From Candidatus Woesearchaeota archaeon (GTDB taxonomy: Archaea; Nanobdellota; Nanobdellia; SCGC-AAA011-G17; UBA489), in contig CAYFJW010000001.1 of NCBI GenBank assembly GCA_964343875.1, positions 9,696 through 73,695 of the forward strand: a DNA stretch of 64,000 nucleotides, read 5' to 3'. This document shows, in pieces, positions 47,175-55,525 of the stretch. A model generated the notes under the pieces. It worked only from the letters and a program-made list of their open reading frames with translations, was not told where the DNA came from and did not search any database. The stretch's first letter is position 1. Each line of letters opens with the position of its first letter. The position numbers were made by a program, and so were the translations under genes.

Positions 47175-48023
47175 GCGTTTAAATCTTGAAAGACAATCGC
47201 GGAATACTCTATCTCGCGATTTACTATTTTTAAAAATATCTAATTTCTTGAGAATCAAAAAATTAGCATGCCCATAGATATCTAGCTCATATTGCCCATC
47301 TTTGTTTCTTCCAGAATTACATTTTTGAGGAGATTTACATTTTACGTTGTGTTTCAAAAGAATATTTCTAATTAATCTTAGAGTCCTAACATCTTTCCCA
47401 CAGAGGTTTACTGCATTTAATGTGTTATTTCTATTCCTTCTAACAACAGGACAGCCTTCAGCAGCATAATAACCTCTTACAAACCCTAGCCCTAGTTTCA
47501 AATCATTAAGACATCTCTTTAATGCAATTTCTTGCATGGTCAAAACAAGTCTATGGAATAAAACACTATGAAATCGAATATTAACTCTCTCTATGTTTCC
47601 TGGATTTGTTTTTGGAATACCTGGCCTATTGAACTGATCAGTTGACAAACCTAGCAACTCAGCCCAACGTTTGTTGATATTGATCAATTTAGAATTTTTT
47701 GAACCGATAACAATAAACTTCAAGTTAGCTTTATCTAAGCCAAAGTATTTTTTTAACCAACTTATGAAAAATTTTAATAGGTTTAGATCCGAATTTGTAA
47801 ATGAAATTCTTGTAGGCTTATTACTTTTTTCACCTTCACCAATGTAAAGACCTAAACCTTCAAAGAATTCCTGATCTACCGTAATTATTCTTTTAACAAC
47901 TATTGGTTTTGGCTGCCCGCCTTTTTTGTTTTTGCAAGAAACTCTAAGGAGATCATTCCTTAAACCTTCAAAAAGAGTATTCTCCGAAAAGCATCCAAGA
48001 GATTTAATGTCTAATTTAAACAT
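47130..48023 (-). CDS. Free-standing double-motif LAGLIDADG homing-endonuclease-like protein
   Basis: Motifs FFEGLGLYIGEGEK and LGFVRGYYAAEGC. The last 15 codons (RVGVPERSNGLGLGG) are read from the tRNA-Leu 5' half. The TAA stop (47130-47132) lies inside the tRNA intron. Confidence 0.75.
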   Translation of the reverse strand: MFKLDIKSLGCFSENTLFEGLRNDLLRVSCKNKKGGQPKPIVVKRIITVDQEFFEGLGLYIGEGEKSNKPTRISFTNSDLNLLKFFISWLKKYFGLDKANLKFIVIGSKNSKLININKRWAELLGLSTDQFNRPGIPKTNPGNIERVNIRFHSVLFHRLVLTMQEIALKRCLNDLKLGLGFVRGYYAAEGCPVVRRNRNNTLNAVNLCGKDVRTLRLIRNILLKHNVKCKSPQKCNSGRNKDGQYELDIYGHANFLILKKLDIFKNSKSRDRVFRDCLSRFKRVGVPERSNGLGLGG

Positions 48024-48057
48024 AAAACATTAAAAGAAGGCTTACTTAACAGCCTTC
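48024..48057 (-). terminator. Hairpin plus T-tract downstream of rpl37e
   Basis: Minus strand GAAGGCT-GTTAAGTA-AGCCTTC (48057..48036) followed by TTTTAATGTTTT. It sits directly upstream of the LAGLIDADG ATG. Confidence 0.5.
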
Positions 48058-48079
48058 ACTAAGAACCTAGTAAGTGCGA

Positions 48080-48328
48080 TTACTTACCCAACTTGAAAGT
48101 GTTCTTCTTTCTTTTATTCATATGCTGCTTAATCTTAGCAACAATTCTATTCTTACTAACAGTCTTTTTATGCCAGTTAAATCTCCTTAACTTAGCACTG
48201 TTTCCGTAGCCACAGCTACTACACACACTCTTAATTTTATGATAAGAAGCCTTTCCACACCGTCTACATCTGATGTGAAGTCTTCCTTTATTTCTCTTTA
48301 ATCCTTTTGCTGCCGTTCCCTTTGACAT
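48080..48328 (-). CDS. rpl37e: Ribosomal protein L37e
   Basis: MSKGTAAKG..., zinc ribbon CRRCGKASYH...CSSCGYG. Confidence 0.9.
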   Translation of the reverse strand: MSKGTAAKGLKRNKGRLHIRCRRCGKASYHKIKSVCSSCGYGNSAKLRRFNWHKKTVSKNRIVAKIKQHMNKRKKNTFKLGK

Positions 48329-48329
48329 C

Positions 48330-48554
48330 TTATTGTGGTGAGATTATTGTGATTGTATCTCCTCTAATGAACGTAGTTCCCAACTTTCGTTTAAGTTCTC
48401 CATTCTCAAACTCTTCAACATCGTCAAGAACAATGTTAATATGAATATCAAATGCCTGTAGAACGCCCACAAATTGCTTTCCGTTTTTAAGCTCAATGAG
48501 CACTCTCTTTCCTCGACTTTGATTTAATGAATCTAAAGGCCTGCTTGTCTCCAT
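48330..48554 (-). CDS. Sm-like (LSm) archaeal protein
   Basis: PLDSLNQSRGKRVLIELKNGKQFVGVLQAFDIHINIVLDDVEE...FIRGDTITIISP (Sm1 and Sm2 motifs). Start placed at METSRPL (ATG 48554). The track ORF extension to 48686 looks spurious. Confidence 0.85.
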   Translation of the reverse strand: METSRPLDSLNQSRGKRVLIELKNGKQFVGVLQAFDIHINIVLDDVEEFENGELKRKLGTTFIRGDTITIISPQ

Positions 48555-48661
48555 GGTTTTAACCCCCAAGTTGATTATACACATCCTCAAAAGAGAGTAT
48601 TTAAAGCTTATGGAACCTAAAAAGAAAGTCTTAAAAATAGAGAACCGAGAAAAATAATTCG

Positions 48662-49042
48662 ATGGCAAACGCACAATCACGTTCAAAAAGGAAGCCTACT
48701 GGCGGTAGATACGTTCCCATGAGATCCAAAAGATTAAGGGAATTAGCAAGACTTCCAACATTAACAAGGGTCGGAGAGAGACTAATTAAAACAATGAGAA
48801 AAAGGGGCGGAAAAACAAAAACAATCTCAATCACAGACACTACAGCAAACGTTTTTGATCCAAAAACAAAAAAATATTCTAAGGTAAAGATCGAACAAGT
48901 TGTTGAAAATCCAGCTAACAGACACTTTGTTAGAAGAAACATTCTCACAAGAGGTACAATAATCAAGACCTCCAAGGGAAACGCAAAAATACTTTCCCGA
49001 CCAGGCCAGGAAGGAGTGGTTAATGCGATTTTCGTTAAGTAA
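48662..49042 (+). CDS. rps8e: Ribosomal protein S8e
   Basis: SRSKRKPTGGRYVPMRSKR N-terminus and C-terminal GQEGVVNAIFV. Confidence 0.9.
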   Translation: MANAQSRSKRKPTGGRYVPMRSKRLRELARLPTLTRVGERLIKTMRKRGGKTKTISITDTTANVFDPKTKKYSKVKIEQVVENPANRHFVRRNILTRGTIIKTSKGNAKILSRPGQEGVVNAIFVK

Positions 49043-49058
49043 TTCTTAACCATCACAA

Positions 49059-49658
49059 ATGCAAGAAGATAACATAGCAGCATTACTAAGATGTGGTCCC
49101 GCAATGACCAGTTTAAAAAATGTTCCTGATGAACTTCTTAGAGAAGCCCTAAGCGACACCCCAGATGAACCAACACAATTCTACACTCCTCTCGAAAATA
49201 ATAAAATAATGGTTGCTACCGATGGAAGCGCACCAAGGAACCATAAACCATGGATAACTATTGACCTAGGAGCCCTCATAGGCAACAGACATACAGACAG
49301 ATCTTTGCTAGAATCACTCTTACTAATGTTTCGCTGGAGAAATGAATTTAAAGATCCCTCTGATTTTAAGGCATGGAGCAAGGAATTAAAAGCCAACCCG
49401 GTTTACGTAAAAATGTTAAGAGATTCTCTATACCCTTGTAGTGTTTTAGGACAAAGAACTGAAACTGATCCAAGGCATCCAGAAGGAAGTTTGAGGGTAA
49501 GAACGCCTTTCTTATTAACCCCTCACACAAACACTTCAATATCTGGAACACCAGTTTACGAACAAGCAACAGGAAATTTTTTCAGACCAAACATAAGAAT
49601 TGGGATTTCTAAATATAGTCAATTATTTGCGGAAGTACAAAGGGAGGAAGCAGCATGA
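49059..49658 (+). CDS. Unknown-function protein, paralog 1 of a 4-gene tandem family
   Basis: Shares N-terminal QED..A motif, FY motif (QFYTPL) and YPCSVLG motif with the next three ORFs. Arg-rich and Lys-poor. Confidence 0.6.
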   Translation: MQEDNIAALLRCGPAMTSLKNVPDELLREALSDTPDEPTQFYTPLENNKIMVATDGSAPRNHKPWITIDLGALIGNRHTDRSLLESLLLMFRWRNEFKDPSDFKAWSKELKANPVYVKMLRDSLYPCSVLGQRTETDPRHPEGSLRVRTPFLLTPHTNTSISGTPVYEQATGNFFRPNIRIGISKYSQLFAEVQREEAA

Positions 49659-50242
49659 CACGCATAAAACAAGAAGATGCACAAGCGATAATTGAAGCAA
49701 CAAGAAGCCACCCCTCCATAGTCGCAGGTCTTAATGAAGATCAGATAAGAGCTGAGATTGAAGCAACAAATGCACCTATTAAATCAAGAAGATTTTATGA
49801 TTTTGTTGATGGAAGGGGCCAATCAAAGGATGAAGCAAGCAGAGAAATAACATTTACACCCAGAAGAGTTCTAAGAAATCATGGAGATTACAGTTTAAGA
49901 TTTGCATTACCAAAAAGAGTTATTGGAGCAGTAGCTCATGAACTAGGTGCCTATTCTTCAAATAGGCTTGCAAGAAACCTAAGGGCCCACCAAGAAATAA
50001 TGAGATTTATGGCACAATCGCCACATCCATTCTCATTACTAGGCAAACTAGAAGTTTTAGACTATGAAATGCCCGGAAAATCTATCAGAGAAACATCTCC
50101 CGTTTTGATTATTCCAGGATTACGCCAGGAAGATGCAAGAACAGTTTCCGATTGGGAATTAAGTCACAGAGTCCGAGAAGAAGAATCTAGTCTTGGTTTA
50201 TTCAAACATTGGAAAAGGATTTCACCAGAGAGGTATGTATAA
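49655..50242 (+). CDS. Unknown-function protein, paralog 2
   Basis: MTRIKQEDAQAIIEA, RFYDFV, HPFSLLG, SPVLIIPGLRQEDARTVSDWE. ATGA overlap with paralog 1. Confidence 0.6.
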   Translation: MTRIKQEDAQAIIEATRSHPSIVAGLNEDQIRAEIEATNAPIKSRRFYDFVDGRGQSKDEASREITFTPRRVLRNHGDYSLRFALPKRVIGAVAHELGAYSSNRLARNLRAHQEIMRFMAQSPHPFSLLGKLEVLDYEMPGKSIRETSPVLIIPGLRQEDARTVSDWELSHRVREEESSLGLFKHWKRISPERYV

Positions 50243-50796
50243 TGGATAGAAGAAACGCGTTAGATATATGGGAATCTTTTATGACCCACCCTGCCATAGC
50301 TGAATATGGGCTTAGGAGTATGTTTACAGATAAATCACTAGAAGCATTAGAAGCCTCAGGTAATTCTAACTTTTATCAAAGAGTAAAAAGAGCAGGATCG
50401 ATTGGAGATAATGACGGCAGTAAATTTTCACTGAGGGGTGTGATAAACAATGGCCAAGTTGGAAACCACGGAAGTAAATTAGTAAGAAGTTTACTGGGAA
50501 TGTGGGATTCATCAGGTCCACTTTCAATGTGGGTTTTATCACGACTTGCAAGAAGGGATGCAAGCATCGCAAGTGTACTAAAGTCATGTGAAAGTGCATA
50601 CTCTGCAACAGGAAGATTAGAAACTTACGATACCGACGGAAGACCAACCTCCGTACGTCCAATATTAATTGTTCCAGGGTTAGATGTAGAACAAAGAACA
50701 ATACTTGACAAATGGGAAACAAGATACACAAGAAGAGGAAGAAACTTACAAGGGATAGCAGCAATTGGACTCCCAGTAGACACATCATACAATTAA
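50242..50796 (+). CDS. Unknown-function protein, paralog 3
   Basis: ATG at 50242 overlaps the paralog 2 stop (TAATG); the track start at 50209 is TTG. NFYQRV, RPILIVPGLDVEQRTILDKWE. Confidence 0.6.
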   Translation: MDRRNALDIWESFMTHPAIAEYGLRSMFTDKSLEALEASGNSNFYQRVKRAGSIGDNDGSKFSLRGVINNGQVGNHGSKLVRSLLGMWDSSGPLSMWVLSRLARRDASIASVLKSCESAYSATGRLETYDTDGRPTSVRPILIVPGLDVEQRTILDKWETRYTRRGRNLQGIAAIGLPVDTSYN

Positions 50797-50797
50797 A

Positions 50798-51325
50798 ATG
50801 CCAAGAGTAACTCAAGAAAACGCAGAAGCAATTGTAGCAGAGTTACATTACCATGTAGCAGGCAGTTTGACAGATCCACAATATCTTATGGACAGATTAG
50901 TTTCAGCGGAACTTCCCGACACAGGTAATTTTTATCTCCCACTTCCCCAAGGAATAGTGCCAATATCCAGCAGTATGCCTATGGCGGCGGAAGGAGTACT
51001 TGACAATAGAAGAGTAATGGATAGTTTGGATTCCGGTCTTAGAACATTCACATTAGCGGATCTAACAAGGGCTACACCACATGATCCTCACGCAATAGCA
51101 AGGGAGATGCAAAGGGATGAAGAAATAACGGACGTCCTACAAGCATGTCAATACCCTTTCTCCGCATTATGTTTAGTTGAAAACTTTAAACCTAGCAGTT
51201 TCTTAGGATCAACGGCACCATTGAGATCAAGACCAGTTATCCTCGTTCCGGGAAATAACCACGATGGAAGAGCCCCATTAACTAGGCTTGAGAGAAGGTT
51301 TGAAAGGCCGCTCAGAAATGCTTAA
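50798..51325 (+). CDS. Unknown-function protein, paralog 4
   Basis: MPRVTQENAEAIVAE, NFYLPL, YPFSALC, RPVILVPGNNHDGRAPLTRLE. Starts 2 nt after paralog 3. Confidence 0.6.
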   Translation: MPRVTQENAEAIVAELHYHVAGSLTDPQYLMDRLVSAELPDTGNFYLPLPQGIVPISSSMPMAAEGVLDNRRVMDSLDSGLRTFTLADLTRATPHDPHAIAREMQRDEEITDVLQACQYPFSALCLVENFKPSSFLGSTAPLRSRPVILVPGNNHDGRAPLTRLERRFERPLRNA

Positions 51326-51349
51326 ATATTGGGCCAGTACAATCTTCTT

Positions 51350-52081
51350 ATGAAAAAAGAGTCTAATTCAAAAACAATTATTATCACTGTAGTCATCATT
51401 GCAGTTGCATTCTTAATCGGTTTATCTTTCTTTGCCCCACAAACACAGGGACAAACAGTTCAAGTTACTGGAAATTCCCAATTAACTATTGCTCCGGATG
51501 AAATTGGAATTTATGCCCAAATACAGTCTACAAAAGACACAGCAAAAGAAGCTAAAGATGCAAATTCAATAATTTCAGATAAAATAGTTCAATCATTAAA
51601 GCCATTAAATATTCCAGAGGACAGTATTAACACAGAAAACTACAATGTTTACGAACAATTTGATTGGTTCGAGGGTACAAAAAGCGAAGATAACAAATTT
51701 GTTGCCTCGCATAATATAAAAATCACATTAAAAGATCAAGATTTAATGGGAGATGTAATTGATGCAGTAATCGACAATGGCGGATTAGTCAACCGAATAA
51801 CTTCTGAATTATCTTTTGAGAAAAATAACGAACTTAAATCTAAAGTTTTAGCATCTGCCGCATCCGACGCAAGGGGTAAAGCCGAGGCTATCGCTTCAGG
51901 CCTAAACATGAAAGTTGGCAAATTGGTTTCTGTTACAACTAATGATTATGGATATCAGCCTCCAATTGCATACGCCAGAGCTGAAATTGCAATTGATGAA
52001 GCACAAAGCATCCCGACAGACTTAGAAGTCAGAGATATAGATCTAAATGCAGTTGTTAATGTTGTTTACGAATTAGTTTGA
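51350..52081 (+). CDS. SIMPL/DUF541-domain protein with N-terminal membrane anchor
   Basis: TM IIITVVIIAVAFLIGLSFF, then VTGNSQLTIAPDEIGIYAQIQS...AKEAKDAN...INTENYNVYEQ, typical of SIMPL. ATG at 51350; the track start at 51329 is TTG. Confidence 0.65.
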   Translation: MKKESNSKTIIITVVIIAVAFLIGLSFFAPQTQGQTVQVTGNSQLTIAPDEIGIYAQIQSTKDTAKEAKDANSIISDKIVQSLKPLNIPEDSINTENYNVYEQFDWFEGTKSEDNKFVASHNIKITLKDQDLMGDVIDAVIDNGGLVNRITSELSFEKNNELKSKVLASAASDARGKAEAIASGLNMKVGKLVSVTTNDYGYQPPIAYARAEIAIDEAQSIPTDLEVRDIDLNAVVNVVYELV

Positions 52082-52168
52082 ACTCTCCTACGCAAGTAAT
52101 ATTTCTTTCTACACAGATTATACGTCAACAATGCCAACCTTGTGCAAGGACTTTCTTCTTTGTATGTG

Positions 52169-52576
52169 CTAACAACATCCTTTGGAAGAGAACCATTCTT
52201 TTCTTGTAGGCCTTTTAGTTTCAATAATTCCTAAAATATCTTCATTTTGATTTCTCTTGCTTTTGTCACTCGTTCGATAGATTACTATGTCTGCCCTTTC
52301 ATTTCTATTTTTTTTTGAGTTTTTTTCACCCCTTTGGATAGGAACCTCAATTCCCATTTGTCCAAATTCATAATCGTAATCTTCGTATAAGACTCTTTCA
52401 TAATCTTGTCTAACTTTTTCCTCAGGGGTTTCACGAAGTTGCTTCCCAGAGGATAAATCTCTGATATAGCCTTCTTTCAAAAGATCTTCCGTCATTTTTT
52501 CAAAGTTAGGGAAGTGGCAGACTTTGTAAATGTTTCTATTCCTTGAATAGTAGCAAAATTTGTTCCAAAGTTTCAT
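52169..52576 (-). CDS. HsdR_N-like (type I restriction R-subunit N-terminal, PD-(D/E)XK-type) domain protein
   Basis: EEKVRQDYERVLYEDYDYEFGQMGIEVPIQ...RADIVIYR...ILGIIETKRP. Start placed at ATG 52576, which overlaps the transposase TGA (ATGA). Confidence 0.5.
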   Translation of the reverse strand: MKLWNKFCYYSRNRNIYKVCHFPNFEKMTEDLLKEGYIRDLSSGKQLRETPEEKVRQDYERVLYEDYDYEFGQMGIEVPIQRGEKNSKKNRNERADIVIYRTSDKSKRNQNEDILGIIETKRPTRKEWFSSKGCC

Positions 52577-53787
52577 TCCAGAAATTCTCCTTTTATTCCT
52601 AGTTCTTGGATTTCGTGGGCTACTACGCATATGTTGTGGCAGAGGAATTTTAGGTATAGTTCGTTTTTTTGGGCTGTGAAGCTTTTACTCTTGAGGTTTG
52701 AGCCGAACTTCATTTTTATGATGTGGAATACTGTTTCTGCATTGGATCTTTTTGAATATTCTTTGAGGAATTCTTCATTTTTGTATAAGAAGAAGTAATG
52801 CATCTTTAACCAGATAGGACTCCCCCGCGTATTTACTTTGGCATTAACTTTGAAAGGGATGTAAGGGACTCCGCCTTTTTCATCAATTTTTTCTAAATTT
52901 TTCTTAGAACTGTAAGCTTTGTCACAGCTGACCCCGCCAAGCCTAAACATTTTACTTGTCTCATCGACGAGGCGGGAAAGCTGAGGACTATCAGCATGTC
53001 TCTTATCCGTGATGTTTACGGATGTGACAATGTTGGTTTTCACTCCAGACATTACGTGGGCTTTCAACCAATACCTGTATTCGTTATTGTTGTGATGTCT
53101 GTAAGTCAGATATCTTGCAAATTTGGAACTACTAAAACCAGAACTATCTATTGCAAAATCTTTTTCAACACCTCTCAATGGATAACTGCTGAGATGTATC
53201 AACTTTTTAACCAACTTGGTTGTCTGAGGTTTTTGCAAGAAATGCCCTACTGAAGCATAGCACGGCACAGAGGTGATTAATTTCATTTCGTGGGCAATCT
53301 TAGCGTAGGACATAAATCTCCTTAGAGAGAATGTAGAATAGACCTTTAGGGCTGAACAGAACATTAAGTCTTTTGTTGATAGTTTAGGTCTTCCAAATTT
53401 GTATTTAGGCTCTTCAATCTGATTACACAAATCATTTAGTAGTTTCATGAATGTGAATAACTCATTAGTCTGGGATTTGTCATAAGCCTTCCAGTTTTGT
53501 CCGTACTGGACTCTAACACCTTTAGTTCTCCTTACTTTTCCTTCTTTGTTGATTACATCTTTGATAAAGAACTCCACAGCGTAGATATGCTTACATTTAG
53601 AATGCGTTAGTTTAGAATCTGGACAAGTACATTTAGGATATTGTAGCCTGAAAGTTACTAGATATGTTCCTTTTCCTACTTGTGATGGCACGGACCAGCC
53701 TTTTTCTGTTTTGGTTATTTTGAGGGTTTTGTAGATTAAGAGTCCTCTCTCTTCCCTGTTTAGTTTTTTCCATTCTTGTTTTCTCAT
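52573..53787 (-). mobile_element. IS4/IS5-like DDE transposase with N-terminal SWIM zinc finger
   Basis: SWIM CTCPDSKLTHSKCKHIYAV. DDE triad candidates FAIDSSGF, GGVSCDKAYSS and SNAETVFHIIKMKFG. 404 aa. Confidence 0.7.
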
Positions 53788-53890
53788 TTTTTACTCTCCT
53801 ATTGTACCACCTCCTTGAAGTATTACGTAATACTATACTACTATATAAAACTATAGGTTAGAGTATATATGTTGAGTAAATGCTAAGAAA

Positions 53891-54496
53891 TTAATCACAA
53901 ATCCTTTGTTCTCTGTATTTGACAACTGGTTTCGATTTAAACACCTGTTCTAGCTCCGTCACATTCTTACATTCCTGTAAGGTGGGCTTGACTAGAGTTA
54001 CATAGAAAGCACTTGCTGAGCCAGGTTTATTTCTCCATATAGATCCGTAGTAGAGGTGCCTGTATTCAGTTTCCTTTGGACCAACATCAATAGTGTCATA
54101 AATGTAAGATTCAATATAATCATTCTTATTATCTACAAAGTTAACCTTTATTCCGAATGACCCTAATTTATCTTCATAATTCTTAATGCGGTACTCCGTA
54201 GAAGTTTCTGTGTTAGGTTTCCCATCACTGTAGAATAAACTGTAAATTAGGTTTATATCGTAAGTATTTCCATTGTATTCGTTATAGTATTCTGCTTTAG
54301 CTTGATATTCGACAGAATCACATTTCTCTTTTGTTCTCGGTTCTGTATCCCAATAGTTTTCAGTTGTTTCGTACGGAAGGTTCTCATACCTGCAGTTGTT
54401 TCTCGCTTCATTGTCCTCCCAACTTGCAATTAGGGCAAACATGCTTATTGCTAGAATTACTACTGCCACTACCCTTGTGTCCTTAGTCTTTGCCAA
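53891..54496 (-). CDS. Hypothetical secreted/membrane-anchored protein
   Basis: N-terminal helix VVAVVILAISMFALIASW. Tyr/Asn/Glu-rich body with three Cys. Confidence 0.45.
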   Translation of the reverse strand: MAKTKDTRVVAVVILAISMFALIASWEDNEARNNCRYENLPYETTENYWDTEPRTKEKCDSVEYQAKAEYYNEYNGNTYDINLIYSLFYSDGKPNTETSTEYRIKNYEDKLGSFGIKVNFVDNKNDYIESYIYDTIDVGPKETEYRHLYYGSIWRNKPGSASAFYVTLVKPTLQECKNVTELEQVFKSKPVVKYREQRICD

Positions 54497-54564
54497 TTTA
54501 ACCCTAACCTTATACTACGTTAATGTAGCGTAGGGATATATAAAGTTTACTACATAATCGTAGC

Positions 54565-54768
54565 ATGGAAAAGAGGAAATCATCAGAGCTAATCAAAGAA
54601 ATATATGACACTATCAAGAAGAATCCAGACATTACTATGTCCTCCCTAGAAAGAAAGATGAGGACTAACCCAACATCACTAAAAGACCACTGCGAAGCAC
54701 TAGAATACTTAGGAGTCATCAAAATTAAGAGATTGAAAGGCACAAGGAAACTGAAGGTAGTGAAATGA
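54565..54768 (+). CDS. Small winged-helix protein
   Basis: 67 aa. ELIKEIYDTIKKNPDITMSSLERKMRTNPTSLKDHCEALEYLGVIKI is wHTH-like. ATGA overlap with the next ORF. Confidence 0.45.
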   Translation: MEKRKSSELIKEIYDTIKKNPDITMSSLERKMRTNPTSLKDHCEALEYLGVIKIKRLKGTRKLKVVK

Positions 54769-54974
54769 AAAAAGAAGAAGCTAGAAAAAGAGCATTTTCA
54801 GAAATAGTTTCTGGTTTTTTTGGAGGTATGACTGTTGTAGTTGCCCAGATGTATTTTTTACCTGCCCTCGAATTAAAAGATTGTGGAAGAATTGTTTTTG
54901 GAATATTTGCAGTATTATTGTTCTTTTTTGCAATGGTCTGGTGTCTTTCTAGACATTATGAACAAAACCATTGA
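54765..54974 (+). CDS. Small two-TM membrane protein
   Basis: 69 aa with two hydrophobic helices. Translationally coupled to the wHTH ORF. Confidence 0.35.
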   Translation: MKKEEARKRAFSEIVSGFFGGMTVVVAQMYFLPALELKDCGRIVFGIFAVLLFFFAMVWCLSRHYEQNH

Positions 54975-55008
54975 ATAACTTTATATACTACCTTAATACT
55001 ATAATTCT

Positions 55009-55143
55009 ATGGTGAGAAAAACAACTAGTATCAAAGTTGATGAAAAACTCTGGAAAAAAGTGAAAATTCGTTGCGTAAACAAAGACGAAGACATTTCCGA
55101 CTACATTGAAAAAATAATAAAAAAGGACTTGAAAATAAAATGA
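55009..55143 (+). CDS. Ribbon-helix-helix (CopG/Arc-like) protein, 44 aa (absent from the ORF track)
   Basis: Own translation MVRKTTSIKVDEKLWKKVKIRCVNKDEDISDYIEKIIKKDLKIK. This is a beta-strand-helix-helix pattern. The stop overlaps the next ATG (ATGA). Confidence 0.5.
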   Translation: MVRKTTSIKVDEKLWKKVKIRCVNKDEDISDYIEKIIKKDLKIK

Positions 55144-55376
55144 GTAAAGAGCTGATTTTTTTGAAAACAAAGAGGTGGAATTATTATATAGAAGGGAACA
55201 ATTTATGGACAATAGCAATTACATTTTTACCTTCTTTAGCAATATTTACAAAATATGTTCCTGAACAATGGAAATTATCTGCTTTTCTAAGTTGGGTGAT
55301 TTTATGGGGATTTGTCTCATGGGCATCCTTTGTTAAAAAACGTCCAAAACTTAGTGTAACATTTCTTCCTCATTAA
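55140..55376 (+). CDS. Small membrane protein coupled to the RHH ORF
   Basis: 78 aa with two hydrophobic helices. Confidence 0.35.
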   Translation: MSKELIFLKTKRWNYYIEGNNLWTIAITFLPSLAIFTKYVPEQWKLSAFLSWVILWGFVSWASFVKKRPKLSVTFLPH

Positions 55377-55525
55377 TATTTTAAATAAAACTTTATACAC
55401 AGAAGTTACTTTTTACACAAAACCCCGAAAACCAAAACCTTTATATAGCACCTATTCATTTTATTTATAAATATTACTATCTTACAAAACCATAAATTCT
55501 TATGGACTCATAGGAGGAGCATAAA

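Noticed and set aside
48631-49104. 157-aa minus-strand ORF, and the N-terminal extension of the LSm ORF (48555..48686)
   Set aside because: Both overlap the well-supported rps8e gene and its upstream region. The conserved Sm domain begins at METSRPL (48554).
52082-53801. 9-bp direct repeat ACTCTCCTA as a bona fide target-site duplication of the IS
   Set aside because: Not accepted as proven. No terminal inverted repeats abut the repeats, and a chance 9-mer match within about 100-nt flanks is not negligible. It is kept only as a lead in the IS finding.
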